From: Candidatus Sumerlaeaceae bacterium
GTDB taxonomy: Bacteria > Sumerlaeota > Sumerlaeia > Sumerlaeales > Sumerlaeaceae
Length of the DNA: 64,000 bases
Assembly: GCA_051003195.1 (NCBI GenBank)
Contig: JBPCLP010000028.1
Span: 1-64,000 of the forward strand
Direction: 5' to 3'
The notes under the pieces are model-generated. The model searched no databases, was not told where the DNA came from, and saw only the letters and a list, made by a program, of their open reading frames with translations. A program made the translations under genes and the position numbers. Below are positions 59,012 to 64,000 of the stretch, in pieces (positions within the stretch are counted from its first letter, which is position 1; every line of letters begins with the position of its first letter).

Positions 59012-61906
59012 ATGAACGAACGCATTCCATCTTCGACTTACCGCCTGCAACTGCATGGAGCATTCAGGTTTGAAGACGCTGCGCGCATCGTTCCCTATCT
59101 CCAACGCCTTGGTATCAGCGATGTATATTCATCCCCGATCGCGAGCGCGTGCCCAGGCAGCATGCATGGATATGATGTCGTCGACCCCGCAACGGTTAAT
59201 CCGGAACTCGGAGGCCACGAGGGCCTGCACTCGCTTAGTAGCACGCTGCGCGAACGTGATATGGGCCTGGTAGTCGATATCGTTCCAAATCACATGGGCG
59301 TGCACGAAGCCAACCGGTGGTGGTGGGAAGTGCTCGAAAATGGGCCTGGATCTCAGTATGCCGATTACTTCGATATCGATTGGCATCCGCCCAAGGAAGA
59401 GCTTCGGGATCGTGTGCAAATTGCGACTTTAGGCCAGCAGTTCGGAGCATGCCTGGAATCAGGCGAGCTCAAGGTGGAGTTCACGGAAGAGGGTACATTT
59501 ATCGTCCGCTACTACGATAAAGTTTTTCCGACTGCCCCACGGACATGGACGACACTTCTGCTGCGTGCTCTGGAACCCCTGAAAGAATCGTTAGGTGGGA
59601 GCACGGAGCCCGATTACCTGATAGAGTTTCAAAGCATAATCACGGCACTCCATAACTTGCCGCTGCGTGAAGACACGGACCCGGAAAAAATCATTGAGCG
59701 GCAACGCGAAAAGGAAGTCACGAAGCGCAGGCTGCGTGCATTGGTCGAGGCCTGTCCGAATGTGCCTGATTCCATCAATAAGGTCATATCCGCACTGAAC
59801 GGCCAGCCCGGCGAGCCCGCGAGTTTTGATGCGCTCGAGCTGTTTTTAAAAGGCCAGGCCTACAGGCTTTCGTTCTGGAGAACGGCTCCCGATGAAATTA
59901 ATTACCGCCGTTTTTTCGACGTCAACGACCTGGCGGCCATTCGCGTGGAGTCGCCTGCGGTTTTTAAGGCGGTGCACTCCCTGCTGTTTCGCCTGGTGCA
60001 GGAAGGACATGTGACTGGCGTGCGTGTCGACCACCCTGACGGCCTGTTTAACCCACCGCAGTACTTCTCAAATCTTCAGCACGCGTGCTTCCTTGCTCTT
60101 TCGAACAGGAAGATGAGCACCAGCGAGTTTCCGTCGCACGAACGTGATTGCGCGATTTGGATTGTTGCGGAGAAAATCCTGGGTCTGGAGGAGCGCCTTC
60201 GACCAGACTGGCTGGTTCATGGGACCACCGGCTACGATTACCTGAACATCGTGAACCGGTTGTTTATCGCACCGCAGGCGGAGCGGCCGCTGGTTCGGCT
60301 CTATACGAAGTTTACGGGTAGCAGGGTCGTCTTTAAGAACTTGATGAACGAGTGCAAAAAACTGATCCTCGACGTATCAATGTCCGGCGAAATGCTGGTG
60401 CTCGCGCGGCGGCTGGATAAGATTTCCGAACAGCACCGGCGAACCAGGGATTTTACGCTCGAGAGCCTGCGCGAGGCGCTGGCCGAAGTAATTGCGGGTT
60501 TCCCTGTCTATCGGAGCTACATTCGTCCTGATTCCACGGAAGTGGATCAAGACGATAGGCGCCACATCCTGGTGGCGTTGCGGCTCGCGAAACGTCGCAA
60601 CCCGTCCGTAGACCCGACCATCTATGATTTTATCGGGTCCGTCCTGCTGCTTGAGGACCCCGACGGACTTACCGCTGAGCATAAGATGCAGCGACGCGAT
60701 TTCGTGCTGCGTCTGCAGCAGTTTACGGGCCCTGTGATGGCAAAGGGAATGGAAGACACTGCCTTCTACCGCGAATTTCCGCTGCTTTCATTGAACGAGG
60801 TTGGCGGCCAGCCAGACCGTTTTGCGTTACCCCCGGAAGAGTACCACCGACGCTGCATGGAGCAACTGGAGAACTGGCCGTATACGATGCTGGGGACTTC
60901 CACCCACGACACGAAACGGAGCGAGGATGTTCGTGCCCGCATCAACGTACTAAGCGAGCGGCCACGCGAGTGGGAGAAGGCGGTGTTCAGGTGGCGTCAG
61001 CTCAATCGCAAGCACAAGCGGCAGGTCGAGGGGTTCCATGTTCCGACGGCTAACGAGGAGTATTTACTTTATCAGACCCTCGTGGGCATATGGCCTTTTG
61101 TTGAACGCGACAAAGCGGGATTGGTAGACCGGCTGCAGCAGTATATGATTAAAGCATTACGGGAAGCAAAAGTACACACCAGTTGGGTCAATGTAAACTC
61201 CGCACACGAAAATGCCGTCGAGCATTTCATCGCGATGATCCTGAATCCCAGGAAGTCGGTCAAATTTCTATCGGCTTTTGAGGAGTTTCACCAGCTCATC
61301 GCCCACCTTGGAGCCCTTAATTCCTTGTCGCAACTCCTGTTGAAAGCTACGTCGCCGGGAGTACCTGATTTTTATCAGGGTAACGAACTCTGGGAGTTTT
61401 CCCTGGTGGATCCTGACAATCGCCGTGCAGTCGACTACGAGCACCGGGCGGAATTACTTGAATCACTTCAGTCGCAGCAACTCGGGCAAGACCTGATCTC
61501 CGGGCTGACACATAGCTGGAGCGACGGGCGAATCAAAATGCATGTAACGCAGCGCGCATTAAACTTCCGTCGCGAACATCCCGCCCTATACAATGTTGGC
61601 AGCTATTCGCCTGTGAATGTTATAGGACCTCTCACCGAACACGTGGTTGCATTCATACGTACGCACGAGCGTGCCAGCGCCATCACTGTAGTTCCGCGCC
61701 TGTTGGGAATCGCGGGACTTCCGCCCGCAACCCTCGTTGCAGATGGATTTTGGGCCGATACAAAACTTCGGCTTCCGAACGGATCTGCCCCGCACTGGCG
61801 AAACGAGATGACTGGTGAGATTCTTCACGTGGAATCGGGAGAGCTTCTATTGCCGCTCAGTTTCCTTGAGCGATTCCCGGTTGGTCTGCTTTCCAATGAG
61901 TCCTAA
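59012..61906 (+). CDS. treY: malto-oligosyltrehalose synthase
   Basis: PSSTYRLQL, HGYDVVD, DIVPNHM, NYRRFFDVN, RVDHPDGL, AKGMEDTAFYR, STHDTKRSED, SLVDPDNRR. Confidence 0.95.
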   Translation: MNERIPSSTYRLQLHGAFRFEDAARIVPYLQRLGISDVYSSPIASACPGSMHGYDVVDPATVNPELGGHEGLHSLSSTLRERDMGLVVDIVPNHMGVHEANRWWWEVLENGPGSQYADYFDIDWHPPKEELRDRVQIATLGQQFGACLESGELKVEFTEEGTFIVRYYDKVFPTAPRTWTTLLLRALEPLKESLGGSTEPDYLIEFQSIITALHNLPLREDTDPEKIIERQREKEVTKRRLRALVEACPNVPDSINKVISALNGQPGEPASFDALELFLKGQAYRLSFWRTAPDEINYRRFFDVNDLAAIRVESPAVFKAVHSLLFRLVQEGHVTGVRVDHPDGLFNPPQYFSNLQHACFLALSNRKMSTSEFPSHERDCAIWIVAEKILGLEERLRPDWLVHGTTGYDYLNIVNRLFIAPQAERPLVRLYTKFTGSRVVFKNLMNECKKLILDVSMSGEMLVLARRLDKISEQHRRTRDFTLESLREALAEVIAGFPVYRSYIRPDSTEVDQDDRRHILVALRLAKRRNPSVDPTIYDFIGSVLLLEDPDGLTAEHKMQRRDFVLRLQQFTGPVMAKGMEDTAFYREFPLLSLNEVGGQPDRFALPPEEYHRRCMEQLENWPYTMLGTSTHDTKRSEDVRARINVLSERPREWEKAVFRWRQLNRKHKRQVEGFHVPTANEEYLLYQTLVGIWPFVERDKAGLVDRLQQYMIKALREAKVHTSWVNVNSAHENAVEHFIAMILNPRKSVKFLSAFEEFHQLIAHLGALNSLSQLLLKATSPGVPDFYQGNELWEFSLVDPDNRRAVDYEHRAELLESLQSQQLGQDLISGLTHSWSDGRIKMHVTQRALNFRREHPALYNVGSYSPVNVIGPLTEHVVAFIRTHERASAITVVPRLLGIAGLPPATLVADGFWADTKLRLPNGSAPHWRNEMTGEILHVESGELLLPLSFLERFPVGLLSNES

Positions 61907-62795
61907 AACCGACACGCCGTCCGAACCTGAGCGCACACGGCTGACCGACCTGCTTCGCCGCCACGGGTTGAAGACTACGAAAAGCCTGGGGCAGCATTTT
62001 CTAATCGACGATGAAGTCTTGCACACAATTGCACATTCGCTGGAACCCGGCCCTGGCAGTGACGTAGTCGAGATCGGCTCCGGCGCTGGGAATCTCGCAG
62101 TAATGCTGTCGCTGTCCGGAGCAAAGGTGACTGCTCTGGAAGTCGACCGAAAGTTCGAGCTATTGCACCGTGAGATTCAACTGTCACCCGGGGGCATGAC
62201 CGAACGGCTGCGATGGCAATACATGGACGCGTTAGACTTTGATTACGCAGCCGCGGCACGCGCAACGCACGAGCTCGGTCGTCGCTTTCTCATCGCCGGC
62301 AATATTCCGTACCAGATTACATCGCCGCTGATTATGAAGATCCTCGAGAGCGGTGCTGCGTTTGATTGTATGGTGCTGATGATCCAGCGCGAAGTAGCGG
62401 AACGCCTGGCCGCCACGCCCGGCGGCAGGAAAAGCGGTGCGATTACGATCAAGGTGCAGTACTATTGCACGGTTGAACCTGTATTGGATGTTCCACCTGA
62501 GGCGTTTCTTCCGCCGCCGGAAGTACACTCTCGTGTACTGCGGTTTGTCCGAAAAGAAAGCGACATGGATCACAATCCACCGAAGTTCTTTCGGCTGGTT
62601 GAAGCAGCGTTTATGCACCGGCGAAAGACCCTGGTGAATGCCGTGTCGAGCGGCACCCTCGGCTACTCGCGCGAGCAACTCGAAGAAGCGCTGGCCGCCA
62701 TTGGGTTGTCCGCCAGGGTACGTGCTGAAGAGCTTGGTGTAGCTGCATTTATTGCGTTACAGCAGCACCTGGACGGCAGCGCTGCCGCCGGCTAG
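61896..62795 (+). CDS. rsmA: 16S rRNA m6,2A dimethyltransferase (KsgA)
   Basis: KSLGQHFL, EIGSGAG, GNIPYQITSP, QREVAERL, AF.PPPEV.S, RRKTL.N. Confidence 0.95.
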   Translation: MSPKTDTPSEPERTRLTDLLRRHGLKTTKSLGQHFLIDDEVLHTIAHSLEPGPGSDVVEIGSGAGNLAVMLSLSGAKVTALEVDRKFELLHREIQLSPGGMTERLRWQYMDALDFDYAAAARATHELGRRFLIAGNIPYQITSPLIMKILESGAAFDCMVLMIQREVAERLAATPGGRKSGAITIKVQYYCTVEPVLDVPPEAFLPPPEVHSRVLRFVRKESDMDHNPPKFFRLVEAAFMHRRKTLVNAVSSGTLGYSREQLEEALAAIGLSARVRAEELGVAAFIALQQHLDGSAAAG

Positions 62796-62868
62796 TCCCT
62801 GAAACTCATTGCACTCGCGGTTGCAGCTTATCAGGAGTACGTCAGCAACCCCCGCCGGAGGACTTCCC

Positions 62869-63450
62869 ATGCCACTATTCCTGACATCGCGCATCCGAGG
62901 TGCAGCACGTCATTGGATTATAGGCTGCCTTGTCATCATTTTCATTATAATCGTTGTTATAGGCTCTGGTTTTTATTACGTTTCCAAAAAGGTCGGCATA
63001 GGCACATTCGATGTGGTGGCAAAGGCAGATCCGCCGGCTTACGCAACGACAGACGAGCTACTGCCCTCCAGGGCCGGATCCTTTACCCGTACCTCCGTTA
63101 CCTCCAACAGCGCCGAGATTGCCGGCATGATGTCGACTGCGCCGGCTAACACCAGGATGAACGCAACATCAGGTACCGTGGCGGCGCTCTACGCCGACCC
63201 GTCAAACCTGAGCGCGCTGGTCTTTGCGATGAACACAGGGGAGGTCCACCGTTCCGGGTCGGAGAGTAATCCTTTTGAGAGCATCGCAAAAAGCAAAGGA
63301 GATCACAGCCAGGGCTTTCACGCGCAGTCGAAGTTCAAAAACATTCAGATGGGAATGGCCGGCTGGAGCAAGCCGAACTGGACCTATGCTGTGATCACGA
63401 CGGAAACCGAGGCACTTGATTTCGCAAAGAACTTCGACCCCGCTAAATAG
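62869..63450 (+). CDS. hypothetical membrane-anchored protein
   Basis: GGAGGA RBS; single N-terminal TM helix. Confidence 0.65.
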   Translation: MPLFLTSRIRGAARHWIIGCLVIIFIIIVVIGSGFYYVSKKVGIGTFDVVAKADPPAYATTDELLPSRAGSFTRTSVTSNSAEIAGMMSTAPANTRMNATSGTVAALYADPSNLSALVFAMNTGEVHRSGSESNPFESIAKSKGDHSQGFHAQSKFKNIQMGMAGWSKPNWTYAVITTETEALDFAKNFDPAK

Positions 63451-63547
63451 TGTGCCGAACCCGAAGTTCCTATCCAGTTTGGTCGCGGAAAATGAGCTCA
63501 GTTCGGCACACAAAACTGATTACGAACTAACGGTACACCACACCTAG
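63448..63547. repeat. family B MITE at a TAG stop codon
   Basis: TAGTGTGCCGAAC..GTTCGGCACAC..GATTACGAACTAACGGTACACCACACCTAG. Confidence 0.8.
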
Positions 63548-63548
63548 C

Positions 63549-63585
63549 AAATAAAATGGCGGCGCGAGCTTTAAGCCCGCGCCGC
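63549..63585 (-). terminator. intrinsic terminator between convergent genes
   Basis: GCGGCGCG..CGCGCCGC stem with a T-rich tail on the minus strand. Confidence 0.55.
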
Positions 63586-63611
63586 TTGTGTAACCTTAAT
63601 CCCGTACTGGA

Positions 63612-63998
63612 TTACCGGTGCAGCCACATCCTCATCATCGACAGCAACTGCTCCTGGTCGACAGGCTTGGTGATGTAGTCGCTGGCGCCAGCTTCGATGC
63701 ATTTCTCGCGGTCGCCCTTCATTGCCTTCGCCGTTACGGCAATAATCGGTAGCGACTTATAGCGCGGGAAATCACGGATAGCGCGGATGGCCTCGTAGCC
63801 GTCCATATCCGGCATCATGATATCCATCAGGATCAGATCAACATCCGGCTGACGCTCCAGCATTTCCACGGCATCGCGGCCGCTCTCCGACGACATCACC
63901 TGCATTTGGTTGCGTTCAAGGATGCTGCTCATGGCAAAGATGTTGCGCGCATCGTCATCAACGATCAACGCCCGCTTGCCACCAAGCACGGTTGCCGG
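63612..63998 (-). CDS. C-terminal receiver domain, probably of a hybrid histidine kinase (runs off the window)
   Basis: [30 protein letters not shown]; frame is open to the window edge. Confidence 0.85.
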   Translation of the reverse strand, partial: PATVLGGKRALIVDDDARNIFAMSSILERNQMQVMSSESGRDAVEMLERQPDVDLILMDIMMPDMDGYEAIRAIRDFPRYKSLPIIAVTAKAMKGDREKCIEAGASDYITKPVDQEQLLSMMRMWLHR

Positions 63999-64000
63999 AT

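Noticed and set aside
62869..62990. Prepilin (class III) signal in the 62869 ORF
   Set aside because: RIRG is followed by AARHW rather than a hydrophobic F/M-x-x-x-E start.

Overview
64-kb window of a moderately GC-rich, diderm (kdsA, outer-membrane barrel) bacterial chromosome. Gene content (sulfatases, orphan BMC vertex gene, ExeA/PilT ATPases, pseudopilin-tailed membrane protein, secreted protein ending in a V-x-W-x-L-Y motif) suggests a PVC-like or Candidatus Sumerlaeota (BRC1)-type organism; this is inference only. Most of the window is housekeeping or metabolic: rfbD, kdsA, pilT-family, asnB, hpt, ruvA, glgC, rarA, treY, rsmA, sulfatases and two-component regulators. The most unusual part is 5.5-13.3 kb. 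Two REP-associated HUH tyrosine transposases (RAYT/Y1) each sit inside their own GGGGACAG-cored inverted repeats. GGGGAC/GTCCCC motifs, often with adjacent micro-duplications, mark nearly every junction between unrelated cargo pieces: a truncated ABC permease, IS1182 and IS3 stumps, a protease, a beta-propeller, a membrane protein, and a toxin tail plus DUF4304-like immunity gene. This looks like an HUH-driven DNA-accretion (cassette-like) locus. Other notable items: a twice-present ~425-bp non-coding element with its own sigma70-like promoter and ACTTGAA arrays; two paralogous secreted Cys-rich peptides behind a sigma54 promoter; a peptidase/ATP-grasp/GCS2 operon; a MerR-FlhG fusion with two ExeA ATPases; a divergent GH57-like protein; and MITEs at TAG stop codons. 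No rRNA, complete tRNA or CRISPR array was seen. All family names come from motif recognition, not from database searches.
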